Source: Candidatus Undinarchaeota archaeon
GTDB taxonomy: Archaea > SpSt-1190 > JASMDC01
Direction of reading: 5' to 3'
Assembly: GCA_964519305.1 (NCBI GenBank)
Contig: CAZFHY010000027.1
Coordinates: forward strand, 1-30,754
DNA: 30,754 nt
Part shown: piece by piece, positions 7,915-18,179 of the stretch
How the letters are laid out: the number at the start of each line of letters is the position of its first letter
Position numbering within the stretch: position 1 is the first letter of the stretch
Notes under the pieces: generated by a model
The model's input: only the letters and a program-made list of their open reading frames with translations
Databases searched by the model: none
Told to the model about the DNA's origin: nothing
Position numbers and translations under genes: made by a program

Positions 7915-10900
7915 ATGGGGGGGAGACTCGTTCCGGGGAGTCCTGTTACACAGGTCATAGGGCACCTGCTCGTTGTATTTCTCCTCACGCTGCCCGCCAT
8001 CGCGGACGGTGCGAGCTGCAGTGATCAGCGCGAGCAGGCCCTCTCGGGAAGAGAGCTGACAGCGGATACAGCATCCCATCTGCTGAAAGAGGTAGCCCGC
8101 GGCAACGTTCTCGTGCTCCCGGACGGGCTCCTTCCGGAGGGGGATGAAGACGAGAGCATGCTCATCCTGCTGGAGGCCCTCGGGCTCGGGAAGGAGGTGG
8201 TCCCATCGTACACGACCATCGACGATCTCTCCTATGATGACGTGGACCGTGCCTATGTCGTGCTCATGTGCGACGCAGGTGATATCCTCGATCCGGACGG
8301 GAGACGGTTCTGCGCTGAGTGGTCCTTCACGGAGGACACGCCCATCTACACGGTACCCGTCTGCCTCGGCGACATGCTGCGGCCTGAGTACCTCAGGGAC
8401 GAGCTCACTACTGTCACCGAGCTCACACCTGAAGATAACCTATGCGACTTCAAGGTGACCAGCTACGACATATTCACCAAGGGCTTCGACACTGCGTTCG
8501 GGGACCTCGATGTCGCGGAATGGACCGCACGACGTGCCAAGGACCTGGTCTGGGACGACGGCTCGCTCGCCCGAAGGTGCCAGGAGTGCGATGCGTGCGC
8601 CGATAACACCGAGGAGTGCAGCTGTCCCAACTACCCCACCGCTTGTGATACGGCCCACTGCGCCAAGGAGGTCGTATACACGGCCGCACGGTCGGTGGAC
8701 GCCATAGGGATGCTCCGGTTGATGGGTCCACGAGTGTCCATGCACGTGGGAAGGTGTGAAGGTCTTGCGACCGAGCGGCGACGGAAATGCTACGCGGAGA
8801 AGACACGGCTAATGGCCGATCTTATGGGACGGTACGTGCTGGAGCTGGAGACCCTCATCTCCCACTCGCCCCTCATCAGATGCCGCGACCAGATACGTCG
8901 GATCATGGAGGACGACAACGCATGCGCCGCTTGCTTCGACCTTGCCATCGACTGCTACGAGAACAACCTTGGCCACCAGATAGTCCGGAGCAGGACGTCC
9001 CAGGAGGCGCTGGGGATTATGGAGGGCGCACTCCGTGAGGCAATGCCCTGGTTCTATCTGACACGTGATCTGGGGATGGCCGCAGTCACGGCCGGACAAG
9101 GATTGACCGATGCAACGGATGAGGACGAAGTAGCTCGAGCGGAATATTCGACACGGTATAATGCGATCCGCGCCTTCGGTCTTCGACAGAAGGAACGGGC
9201 GGAAGCGGCCTCGCGACTGTTCTTCGGTCTCTACTGCATGCGGTCGTGCGCTCTGGACCGGAACACCGGTACGATCGGGGCCGGTCCCGCTGGATGGATG
9301 CTGGAGCAGTTCTCGTCCCATGATCTACCGATGGCCCACCGCTTCGGGGGCAGATCGGATGCCACCGATGGGGGGGACGGCCTCGCGGAGGGAACGGTGG
9401 ACATCGGGGTGGCACTTGTGCTGGGCCCGGGCTTCCGCAAGGACGATGGCACGCTCGACCGGGAAGCGGTGGCACGCTGCCCCCGCGGACTACTGTCCTC
9501 CATGGCGCTCGGGGATGACGGGACAACGATCGCACAGCGCCAGGCCAAGGGGACACGAGGGCTCCCCTGGAAGGTCCACATGTCATCCCGGACATACCTC
9601 GCATGCCCGCACAACCAGCTCGCCGCTGGTGACGATGGCCCGACGGACCGGGCTATTCTGGACGTGATGCGACAGCTGTGCGAATCCGGGCCCTATGCCC
9701 GGGAGAAGGGCGCCTGCGCGTTCAACGGGAGACTGGCCGTGGGCGGTAGTGAGCGTGATACTACCTTCCAAACGGCCCTCTGGGGTGCTACCGGCGTGCT
9801 GCTGGACTCGACCCACAAGAGCTCGTTCAAATCCCGCATCGTGCACGAGCTGGTCCCTGATCCCGCAAAGATCCAGACCCGGGTCTTCGGAGTGGTCACC
9901 GCGTGCACCGCGCCGGACGAGGAACCGCTCATCGTGACCGTCGCTGGTGGTCCTATCCTCGCCCGTGGGGCTGACGGCTCTGAGACGCTCGACGAGCAGG
10001 GCGCGTGGACGCCGACAGACCGTCAGGGCCAAACGCTCTCCCCGGGCAGTCCGCCTTGGTTCTACACCATTCGGGACCTGGAGGGTCCGGTTGTGTCGGG
10101 ACGGGGCAGGTCGATCATAGAGGGACTCGGGCTCGAGGGAACAAACTACCCCGTCGTGTCCGACCTTGTGGTGCCTGGCGAGGAGCAGGTGAACCCGTAC
10201 TTCCGTGAGTTCGATCCTGCCCTCATGGCCGAGCTCCTCTACCGCCAGTCGGACCAGGCGCTGCAGGGTGTCGACGGTGGGTATTGCATGCACCTCTATA
10301 CGGGTGGGTATTCGAAGTCCGCTACGGGCGAGCTCCTCGGGCACGGGGCCACGCTCCTGTACACAGCTGGAGCGGCAAGCGTGGTCGCCGAGGTCACGGG
10401 ACACGGGAAGCTCGCGACGGAAGCGGGCACCGATGCTGTCCAGTATCTTGCGCGCAGTCCCTATTATTTGCCGATGCGTATCAATACTGGAGTGACCAAT
10501 ATCCCTGGCTACCTTTCCTCGAACCTGGCTCCGAAGCTCGCCGCCAGGTTCGGGACAGAGGTGGCCGAAGGGGCCGCGACGGCCAGCGCGAACGCGCTGC
10601 GACGGACGACTACCGAGCTTGCCGAGAAAGCCGGGGGGGAGACCATGGAGTTCGCGGCGAAGGTCACGACCGGCGAGACCGCGGAATCCGCGCTAGGGAT
10701 AGCACGTCTGGTCATCACTGAACCTGCTGACGACGCGCAGCGGGAAGTGGCCGAGCGATTGGGCAAGGGTCTTGACGACATGATGCGCAGGAGCATGGAG
10801 GTCGACCAGAGGTACGTGTTCAGATCAGCTGAGAACCTTGCCGGAGATACATGGACCAGTGGTGCCTTCACCGTGCCGAAGGAGGCAGGATGGTTCAAGT

Positions 10901-13900
10901 TCACCGATGATGCGCTGAAACACCTGAACACTCTGGATGACGCAGGGAGAGCGACCGTAGCAAACAAGCTCCAGGCCGTCGGTTTAGAGACAGAACAGGC
11001 CACTGGGCTCATGGCCGGCAACAACGCGCGGATGCCGAAGGGATTACTCGTTGGATCAAGAGAGCTCGGTACCGATATCGGTAAGGCAATCGGAGAGGCC
11101 CTCGAAGAACTGAACTCGGAGAAGGTCGCCAAAGAGATGATGGACGGCCTCGGTTCGATCCTCGCACGACCGGTGACCGGAACGGGCGGTAGGACGGAAT
11201 ACCTCCTCCTTCGCGAGGGATTCGATGCAATGGGCCCCGAGGGTCAGCGGTTGCTGAGACAGCAGATCGGTAACGAGGCCTTCGAACAGGTGAGGTCGGC
11301 CTTCGCGAAAGGAATGAAAGAAGCGGGCCCGTTCCCGGGCGATCCGGCCACCTTGACCCGGAAGGTGATCGATGCTCGGATAGATTTCTTTTCCAGGATG
11401 GACCCTCCCGGATCGGTCAGCAGAGCATCAGCCCTGAAGGCTGTCGCGAACACCATGGACCTCCGACACCTCGTTTCGCGGTTCTCCGACGGGGAAACAC
11501 TTCGTGCCGCGACGTACAGCTACATTGACGAGCTGCTTCCATCCATCGACGTGGGTGCGGTCTATGCCAAGCACCTCAATAAGGAGTTCATGGCGCGGGG
11601 CGGAAAGACCTTGACACCCGAGGCGTTGGAGGAGGCCACCTCCGCGGCCCACCTGAATTTCCAGCGTGAGATGGTGGACGGTCTCAACGCTATCCTTCTC
11701 GAAGCACATACAAAGCGGACCGGCCAGCGGATCGCTGCTCGTTTCGGTATCGCCGAGCCGGCAGCGGTGGACATGCTCAGGGACGTGGGTTTTGTCGTTC
11801 CCATCCGTGAGGCGCTCGAGCGTGTCTTTTCCAAGGAAGCGCTGTCGGGCGGCCAGCCCGCAGCACGGACCGTTGTTATGGAAGCGGTCGAGAAGGTGAA
11901 CGCCCAGGCATTGGACGGCGGACTTGACGTGATGGGCAAAGCGACCTCACTCACGGCCACTGAAGTGCTCCAGGACATGGGACTGGCCGTAGGTACTGCC
12001 GCAGGGATGACGAAGTACTCCTTGCGTCAGCGGGCCCTCCATTACAGCACCTGGCGCGGTCTCGCAAGACAGAGCCTCAACGAGGACTATGGTCTCGACT
12101 GGACCCAACCGCTGTTCTCGTACTCGGCGGACCTGTGGCGTCTTGCCCCAGAGGGCGGTGCGGCCGGAGGAAGGTTCCGGGACCGGGAGCGAGCGACCCT
12201 GCCACTAGCCGTGGCCGGTGTGTGCGCAGCGGAGGGTGATGATGCGGTCAAGATCGCCCCGAGATGCGGTGAAGGTGCTGACCGGGCCATCTGTGATGGC
12301 GAGTGGTCACCCGTACCACCGGACGACGAGCTCAACGCGCTACAGGATGCGGCCGTGCGCTCTGCAGGGGATTGCCTTGATACTGATCCCGAGGGGGAGT
12401 GCTTGGACGGTCTTGTCCGGGTCCTTCCCGATGGACGTTGTGTGCCCTTCTACCACGAGAGCGAGGTGGGATGGCTCGAGTACCTCGACGGTTATCTACG
12501 AGCACGAAGTTCGCTCCTTGTGCGCGTGCGCGACGATATCATTGCGCTCCGGAACGCGCTCGACCAACAGTGCGGACGTTGCCTGACCGACGTCCGCGTG
12601 CTCGAAGCGTCCTATTCGAGCTGCACGAGCTCTGACTTGGACACCCCACATCTCATCGGGGACGCCATCGCCGATCATGACGAGGAAACGCTGATCATCC
12701 ACCTCGCCGACGACCTCAGCTACGCTCGCGCTGCTGCCCTATGCACGGCCACGTGCACTCAATGGGAAGGGCTCGATCCGGGATCGTGTCCTCTTGTGAC
12801 CACTGTCGGTACATGCGGGACCGAAGGAGACGCGGTGGCCCCCGGCGCCTCAGGCACCGAGCCCGCACCCAGCGCAGAGGGTATCGCGACCTGTGTCCGC
12901 GATGTCCTCCGTGCCAAGCGCGCATGCACGCTGCGTGGTCTGCGTGCTTTCACCTCGAACGTCACATGGCACGGCGCGCCCACGGCCGAACTGGGCACCA
13001 ACCTCCGTCCCGTCATCATGCAGGAAGGTACTGATAATCCCTGTGGTGCCCTTGAGCGGCTGGACGAAATGGAACAGTTCCTTACCGCCTACCTGAAGAC
13101 CCTTCAGGGGATGACGATCGGGTGGGAGCGTTTGCAGCTCGCGTCCAAATGCACCGCCAACGCACCCTATCCCGACATGGACCCGTGCGCTTGCGTGCCC
13201 TTCCCCGAACCCGGTCAGGGCAACGATGATGCCTATCGCGCCCAAGTGGCCCTCTGGAAACCACGACACGAGGCCTGCATGGCCTTCGAGAGCGGAGAGG
13301 TCGCGGCCACGCTCTTCGAGGCGGCCGCTTACGCGGATTCTACAGAAATAGTCCTCGATGAGTTCACAATCCAACTCGAACAGCTCGTCATAGCCGCGCG
13401 TGGAGATCTCGAGCCGGGAGCGGCCGACCTGCTACGGGACCTTTACATGGACATGCCCGCTGACGCGCTTGGCGAGGATGCTGTCGCTCCCGTGGGGATG
13501 CTATGGGATATCGCGCATGACATGGTCGTGGAGGCTGACCAACAGATACCGTACGTGCTCTCGCCCAAGTACGGCCATGGCACTCTCGTAACGCTCCTAG
13601 ACGGCGAATGTCAGTGCACAGGGGGAGTTGGCACAGGATGCTTCCAAGGCATCCATGGACGCGAATCACCCGTTTGCACAGTCGGAAGTGACCTGGACGA
13701 GCAGTGTCTGGGCGACAGGATCGCTGATGTGCTCCGTGACGTTCCACTGGCAACGGTGAACGGCGCGGTGTTCGGTGATGAGGGGCAGGGAATAGTCCCG
13801 GGGAGCTGCACGTTCGCCTGTGGTAATCCTAGCACCGGACCGAACGAACAGGGTACCTTCCCCGCCTGCGTACGATGTCCTGAAGACATCTGGTCGGTGA

Positions 13901-16026
13901 ACCCGATCGACTGCGATGTAGAACGACCGTATCCCTTCGATGTCCTGGCCGACCGGACGGCCTTCATGATCAACGCAAGCTATTCTGGTCCGATACCCAT
14001 GGTATGTTCGCTCAAGGTCGCGGTCCGTGAACGGGAGATTGCACGTCGGTCCCTTCTCCAAGCGACGATCGCGTCAATAGCCTCGCTGGATGTCCGACGT
14101 ATCTTCCCTGACCCGGAGTGCTTCGACATCGAGGGGGGAGGTATGGATCCTTACGAACGCGTGTCTGAGGCGGTCTCATGTCAGGACGCATGCAGCATGT
14201 TCCGCTCACCAGGCGGTGTCCCGGGGAGCCTCTACGGTTATTGTCGCGCTTCGGTATCCGCTGACGGTACCGTAGCGGGCGAGTGTCACTGTGCCAGGGA
14301 TGACGATCCAGTAGGCGTTCATACGGGCAGAACGTGCCCTCTGCCCCAAGGCGCAGCCGTGTACCGCTCGGTGCAGGACCACTGCCGTGACGAGTATGGT
14401 TGCCGAGGGTTCACGAACGCGTTCAATGCGCAGGAGGGACGGTTCGCATGCCTGTGCAAAGGTATAGGCCCGTTGGACGTGGAGTTGGCGGATGCTGTTC
14501 GCGATGAGCTCTCCGACCTCCGGGTGGTCAGCAACATATTCGAGGTCGAGGGTGATCAAGTGGGACCTGATGGTCCTCACAGGGCTTTCCTCGGCGAGGA
14601 GGTGGTCGGGTGTGCGGAGTTGGAGAACACTGGTATGGGTACGTTCCGCGGAACTGTGACATCCGCCCTTGTGGACCGCAGGGGTCTCGTTGAGGGTGAA
14701 GAATCGGTTGACGAGGTCACGCTGTCGTCAGGTGACACAGTCGTAGTGTGCACGACACCTACAGAGGTGAGCGATAGTCTGCTCGGTTCCGGAGGAGCTG
14801 CGACCCTTGCGTTAAGGATGTCGGCGATGACAGGCGAGCGCTCGGTCCTCGAAGGTCGGACCTTGGGCACACCGCTCAGGGTCGCCTTTGGACAACCGGG
14901 GCTCGACGAAGCGCAGATCGAGGGCGACGTGAGCGATGACGCGACCACTGTTGGTGCGAGAGTGTACCCTGTGGCGGTCCTGAGGAACAACCGTAACAGT
15001 CCCCTGGATGCAATGGTCAAGGTCGCCTTGATAGACGAGCGTGGGCGCGTCCTTACGACCGAATCTATCCCCATCGCAGGTGTCCTGCCCGGAGAGTCGT
15101 TCACCGTGGAAGGTGGGGGTCATGATGTGCGTGTGGAGGATGTCGGGAAACGCATCAGGGCAAAGGTCACGGTACTCAACGATTTCGGTGTCCCGGTGCT
15201 CGATGAGACCGGTGGCCCCGGGATCAGAGTGGTCGCACCTACCATCATAGCGACCGAAGTGTCCTTCGTTGACGAGACCGAATCCCAGCGAGCGTCATCG
15301 ATCGGTCCATGTGATCCAGTATCCGTGAACGTCGTTCTTGAGAATCCAACGACCGCCATATTCTCAGGGACAGTGGACGTGGGACTACTGCACGAGCTGA
15401 GCGACACCTTGCTGGGGCTGACCCGGACACATATCACAATTGGTGCGGGCGACAGTGATGTCCTACTCTCATCACATAAAGTGCGCCCGGAGCGACAGGG
15501 AACGTTCCGCGCACATATTCGGGCCATTGGTGGGAACGACGTCCCGTGGCGACTAGTACCAGGACCGGCTGCACGAACAAGGCTCACCGTTCCCACAACG
15601 CATCCGTGCGAAGGAACTTCGACCGAGGACGTCTGGGAGGACGAGGGCGGTCCCGAGGTTCTGGAAGGTGCGGTCGATGCGAGCACGTTAGCCGGTCTAA
15701 TGGACGCTCCCGCATGGGTGCCGGAAACGGACGTGCCCGGGGATGGTACCGAAGAGGTGTCCTTGGACACGCCTTCTACCGACCAAGATCCTGAGGACGT
15801 AACCTGTCCTGACAATCCGCCCTCCGATCGGTACGACCTCGTCTACTGCACAGGCCGTGCATGCGTGACCCGGGAGGACATGAACGGCGGCAGGTACATG
15901 CGCATCGAGGGATGTTTCTGTCCGAATGGGATAACGCCCCGGATCGAAGAGACAGTCCATGGCAGCAGGCTCTCTGCAGAGACGGCCGCTTGCTGCGTTC
16001 CCTGCCACGCTTCCCGCGCCGGGTGA
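7915..16026 (+). CDS. Giant secreted Cys-rich protein (~2700 aa, paralog A) with a central Cys-free helical cassette, three C-terminal Ig/CARDB-like domains and a Cys-rich tail
   Basis: Uninterrupted 8.1-kb ORF. Signal peptide (HLLVVFLLTLPAIA) after ATG 7915, with a CTTAATT box at 7884-7890. Colinear similarity to the ORF at 23279. Confidence 0.85.
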   Translation: MGGRLVPGSPVTQVIGHLLVVFLLTLPAIADGASCSDQREQALSGRELTADTASHLLKEVARGNVLVLPDGLLPEGDEDESMLILLEALGLGKEVVPSYTTIDDLSYDDVDRAYVVLMCDAGDILDPDGRRFCAEWSFTEDTPIYTVPVCLGDMLRPEYLRDELTTVTELTPEDNLCDFKVTSYDIFTKGFDTAFGDLDVAEWTARRAKDLVWDDGSLARRCQECDACADNTEECSCPNYPTACDTAHCAKEVVYTAARSVDAIGMLRLMGPRVSMHVGRCEGLATERRRKCYAEKTRLMADLMGRYVLELETLISHSPLIRCRDQIRRIMEDDNACAACFDLAIDCYENNLGHQIVRSRTSQEALGIMEGALREAMPWFYLTRDLGMAAVTAGQGLTDATDEDEVARAEYSTRYNAIRAFGLRQKERAEAASRLFFGLYCMRSCALDRNTGTIGAGPAGWMLEQFSSHDLPMAHRFGGRSDATDGGDGLAEGTVDIGVALVLGPGFRKDDGTLDREAVARCPRGLLSSMALGDDGTTIAQRQAKGTRGLPWKVHMSSRTYLACPHNQLAAGDDGPTDRAILDVMRQLCESGPYAREKGACAFNGRLAVGGSERDTTFQTALWGATGVLLDSTHKSSFKSRIVHELVPDPAKIQTRVFGVVTACTAPDEEPLIVTVAGGPILARGADGSETLDEQGAWTPTDRQGQTLSPGSPPWFYTIRDLEGPVVSGRGRSIIEGLGLEGTNYPVVSDLVVPGEEQVNPYFREFDPALMAELLYRQSDQALQGVDGGYCMHLYTGGYSKSATGELLGHGATLLYTAGAASVVAEVTGHGKLATEAGTDAVQYLARSPYYLPMRINTGVTNIPGYLSSNLAPKLAARFGTEVAEGAATASANALRRTTTELAEKAGGETMEFAAKVTTGETAESALGIARLVITEPADDAQREVAERLGKGLDDMMRRSMEVDQRYVFRSAENLAGDTWTSGAFTVPKEAGWFKFTDDALKHLNTLDDAGRATVANKLQAVGLETEQATGLMAGNNARMPKGLLVGSRELGTDIGKAIGEALEELNSEKVAKEMMDGLGSILARPVTGTGGRTEYLLLREGFDAMGPEGQRLLRQQIGNEAFEQVRSAFAKGMKEAGPFPGDPATLTRKVIDARIDFFSRMDPPGSVSRASALKAVANTMDLRHLVSRFSDGETLRAATYSYIDELLPSIDVGAVYAKHLNKEFMARGGKTLTPEALEEATSAAHLNFQREMVDGLNAILLEAHTKRTGQRIAARFGIAEPAAVDMLRDVGFVVPIREALERVFSKEALSGGQPAARTVVMEAVEKVNAQALDGGLDVMGKATSLTATEVLQDMGLAVGTAAGMTKYSLRQRALHYSTWRGLARQSLNEDYGLDWTQPLFSYSADLWRLAPEGGAAGGRFRDRERATLPLAVAGVCAAEGDDAVKIAPRCGEGADRAICDGEWSPVPPDDELNALQDAAVRSAGDCLDTDPEGECLDGLVRVLPDGRCVPFYHESEVGWLEYLDGYLRARSSLLVRVRDDIIALRNALDQQCGRCLTDVRVLEASYSSCTSSDLDTPHLIGDAIADHDEETLIIHLADDLSYARAAALCTATCTQWEGLDPGSCPLVTTVGTCGTEGDAVAPGASGTEPAPSAEGIATCVRDVLRAKRACTLRGLRAFTSNVTWHGAPTAELGTNLRPVIMQEGTDNPCGALERLDEMEQFLTAYLKTLQGMTIGWERLQLASKCTANAPYPDMDPCACVPFPEPGQGNDDAYRAQVALWKPRHEACMAFESGEVAATLFEAAAYADSTEIVLDEFTIQLEQLVIAARGDLEPGAADLLRDLYMDMPADALGEDAVAPVGMLWDIAHDMVVEADQQIPYVLSPKYGHGTLVTLLDGECQCTGGVGTGCFQGIHGRESPVCTVGSDLDEQCLGDRIADVLRDVPLATVNGAVFGDEGQGIVPGSCTFACGNPSTGPNEQGTFPACVRCPEDIWSVNPIDCDVERPYPFDVLADRTAFMINASYSGPIPMVCSLKVAVREREIARRSLLQATIASIASLDVRRIFPDPECFDIEGGGMDPYERVSEAVSCQDACSMFRSPGGVPGSLYGYCRASVSADGTVAGECHCARDDDPVGVHTGRTCPLPQGAAVYRSVQDHCRDEYGCRGFTNAFNAQEGRFACLCKGIGPLDVELADAVRDELSDLRVVSNIFEVEGDQVGPDGPHRAFLGEEVVGCAELENTGMGTFRGTVTSALVDRRGLVEGEESVDEVTLSSGDTVVVCTTPTEVSDSLLGSGGAATLALRMSAMTGERSVLEGRTLGTPLRVAFGQPGLDEAQIEGDVSDDATTVGARVYPVAVLRNNRNSPLDAMVKVALIDERGRVLTTESIPIAGVLPGESFTVEGGGHDVRVEDVGKRIRAKVTVLNDFGVPVLDETGGPGIRVVAPTIIATEVSFVDETESQRASSIGPCDPVSVNVVLENPTTAIFSGTVDVGLLHELSDTLLGLTRTHITIGAGDSDVLLSSHKVRPERQGTFRAHIRAIGGNDVPWRLVPGPAARTRLTVPTTHPCEGTSTEDVWEDEGGPEVLEGAVDASTLAGLMDAPAWVPETDVPGDGTEEVSLDTPSTDQDPEDVTCPDNPPSDRYDLVYCTGRACVTREDMNGGRYMRIEGCFCPNGITPRIEETVHGSRLSAETAACCVPCHASRAG

Positions 16027-16034
16027 CGCTTAAC

Positions 16035-16042
16035 CTTAAATA
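16035..16042 (+). promoter_or_regulatory. Archaeal TATA box (CTTAAATA), probably leaderless transcript for the 16069-21191 gene pair
   Basis: Box ends 26 nt upstream of ATG 16069. Confidence 0.55.
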
Positions 16043-16068
16043 CTGCTAGTGCTCTATTCTTTCTTGGG

Positions 16069-18177
16069 ATGGCGTCGCGGAACCGCGCGCAGATGGCATT
16101 GATTGGGCTGATGGCCCTCGCCTTCGTTGTGATAATGGTTCTCTACTTCTCATTCCAGCGCGATACGGGGGATAGGAGGACAAGAGCTGAAACCGATCTT
16201 CTTAGGCTCACGAAGGAGGAGATTGAGCAGATCCAAGAAGTCGTTGACACCGTGGTCCGCACGAGCGTGTACGAGGCGGCGAACGCCGTGGGGCAGACGG
16301 GCGGTTTCACAGCGGAGAACATCCCCGAGCCCAACTATCACGGTCTACCTGTGTACTTCTACAAAGGGGCGGTCACCAACGTCCCCACCGAGGACGCAAT
16401 GAAGCGCATGCTGCGGTTCGAGACCGCACGTCGCATCGAGAGCAACCTCCACGAGCTCGTAAAGACGAAGAAGTATCGACTCTCTAAGCTCACGATCGAG
16501 GGCGAACACATCGAGATCAAAGAGGATGATCTTACCATCGGTGACCAGTTCGTCCAAGTGAAGGTCAGCATCCCGATCTCGGTGGAGAGCGAAGATAACA
16601 AGAAGGGAGATGCGGGGAAGGTCTACAACATCAACCTCCCCTTGCGCATTTTCCGCCTCCGCAAGCTCGCTTACGCTTTCGTCAACCTCTATGCGCAGAA
16701 GGATGACCGGTACACGATACCCATTTCTGACCAGCGGATCTCACATCCCTGGTACAGGAAGATCGAGTTCTGGATCGACTACATAGTCAACCAGGATTTC
16801 CGTCTACCCCGGCCGTCGACACAGCACATCTGCAAGCCCTTCAACCTTCCTGACACCACCGGCAAACCTCATTTCGGCTTCTGTCTGCCAGGTGATAAGA
16901 AAGAGATCTACATCCCCTTCGAGTCCAAGGGCTCCGATGCGAAGAGCATCAAGGGCTCGTTCGGTGACGATGTGGTTGTGGCCACGACGATATTCTCATC
17001 CAAAGCTCAGACGAAAGAGTACCAGCGCATGATGCTCAAGTACCTTGTCGATGCCAACCTAGTCACAGAGATGGACCCTGCCAATGAGGCCGATGTTCTG
17101 GGGTTCATGAAGGGTTTCAACTGGAACTTCAAGAGCCTCATCGGTGGGATGGACGAGTGCTATCCACTGCTCAACCTCACCCTTAACGGCAATCAGGACA
17201 ACCTCCGTGTCGAGGGTAAGACACAGAAGGACACCGGATGCTTCCAGAGCTGCTCTGCCGGGAACCGCTACAAGTCATACAAAGCGAACTACTCCGCGAG
17301 CTTCCCCGTCGAGGTAGCCATCACCGACCTCCTCCCCACGGGTAAGATCCTGGGCGGATCGACCCTACTCAAGCCTCTACAGTTCCGGTTCGTCATCTAT
17401 CCGTATCTGGAGCTGGGTGACGAAGCGAAGACGGACATCACGCTCCCAACGACCTTCAATAACGAGTTCGACCTCGAGTGCGCAGGCCGGTGCTCGCTCT
17501 CGGCGCGCATCCACGGGCCGAGGGAGGGCGAGGTCATAGTGGAACCCTGCAAGGACAAGCGAGCGAGGTTCACTACGCCCGACGTCACCATCAATGATGT
17601 CCCTTGTGGTATCAGGGATGTGCGTGTGATACCCAGTGGAGAATATATCGAGCAGTACGCTCCCCTTCGGACAAAGCTGGCCCTCCCGTCGAACACGATC
17701 GACCTACATCTGAGCGAGTACTATCGCGTAGAGGGGGCCGTGATGGTGAACACGACCATCTATTGCCAGAAGGACGAGAAGCTACACTGCTACGCTCCGG
17801 CCGACGAGGCGATAATCCATCCGGGTGCGTGCGAGGAGGGCGACCGCGGACGGTTCAAGCGGCTGGGATTCATCGGAGGGATGCCTCCTTCCTACATAAC
17901 CGTCCAGCTAATCCCGCTCAACACGAGCCTTGAGTACCTCTCGACGAACACCGATGTCGAAGGTCGGTACGTGTTCGAGAAGGTACTTGGCGGTAACTAT
18001 CTCCTGCTGGCGAGCCCCAACCGCGACTTCGCGGGCAACATCGGCTACAAGGTCAAGCCCTTTGCTGAAGTCTCGGAGGTAGAGCGTGACATGACCAAGG
18101 ACATAATCATGAACTCCGTGTTCTCCGTGAACATGACCCAAGGGTTCGTGCCGGCGTACAGGATCAAGAGGTGTTGA
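16069..18177 (+). CDS. Large class III signal peptide (pilin-like N-terminus) protein with a C-terminal carboxypeptidase-regulatory-like beta-sandwich
   Basis: MASRNRA/QMALIGLMALAFVVIMVLYFSF. VGQTGGF...VPTEDAMKRML segment. C-terminal TNTDVEGRYVFEKVLGGNYLLLAS motif. Confidence 0.75.
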   Translation: MASRNRAQMALIGLMALAFVVIMVLYFSFQRDTGDRRTRAETDLLRLTKEEIEQIQEVVDTVVRTSVYEAANAVGQTGGFTAENIPEPNYHGLPVYFYKGAVTNVPTEDAMKRMLRFETARRIESNLHELVKTKKYRLSKLTIEGEHIEIKEDDLTIGDQFVQVKVSIPISVESEDNKKGDAGKVYNINLPLRIFRLRKLAYAFVNLYAQKDDRYTIPISDQRISHPWYRKIEFWIDYIVNQDFRLPRPSTQHICKPFNLPDTTGKPHFGFCLPGDKKEIYIPFESKGSDAKSIKGSFGDDVVVATTIFSSKAQTKEYQRMMLKYLVDANLVTEMDPANEADVLGFMKGFNWNFKSLIGGMDECYPLLNLTLNGNQDNLRVEGKTQKDTGCFQSCSAGNRYKSYKANYSASFPVEVAITDLLPTGKILGGSTLLKPLQFRFVIYPYLELGDEAKTDITLPTTFNNEFDLECAGRCSLSARIHGPREGEVIVEPCKDKRARFTTPDVTINDVPCGIRDVRVIPSGEYIEQYAPLRTKLALPSNTIDLHLSEYYRVEGAVMVNTTIYCQKDEKLHCYAPADEAIIHPGACEEGDRGRFKRLGFIGGMPPSYITVQLIPLNTSLEYLSTNTDVEGRYVFEKVLGGNYLLLASPNRDFAGNIGYKVKPFAEVSEVERDMTKDIIMNSVFSVNMTQGFVPAYRIKRC

Positions 18178-18179
18178 AC

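Noticed and set aside
10285-12225. Central insert as an intein/Hint domain
   Set aside because: No Hint block motifs, no terminal HN followed by C/S/T, no LAGLIDADG motifs, and helical rather than beta-rich composition.
15994-16008. CxxCH (CVPCH) heme-c motif at the end of paralog A
   Set aside because: A single occurrence in a very Cys-rich tail with no cytochrome context is likely chance.
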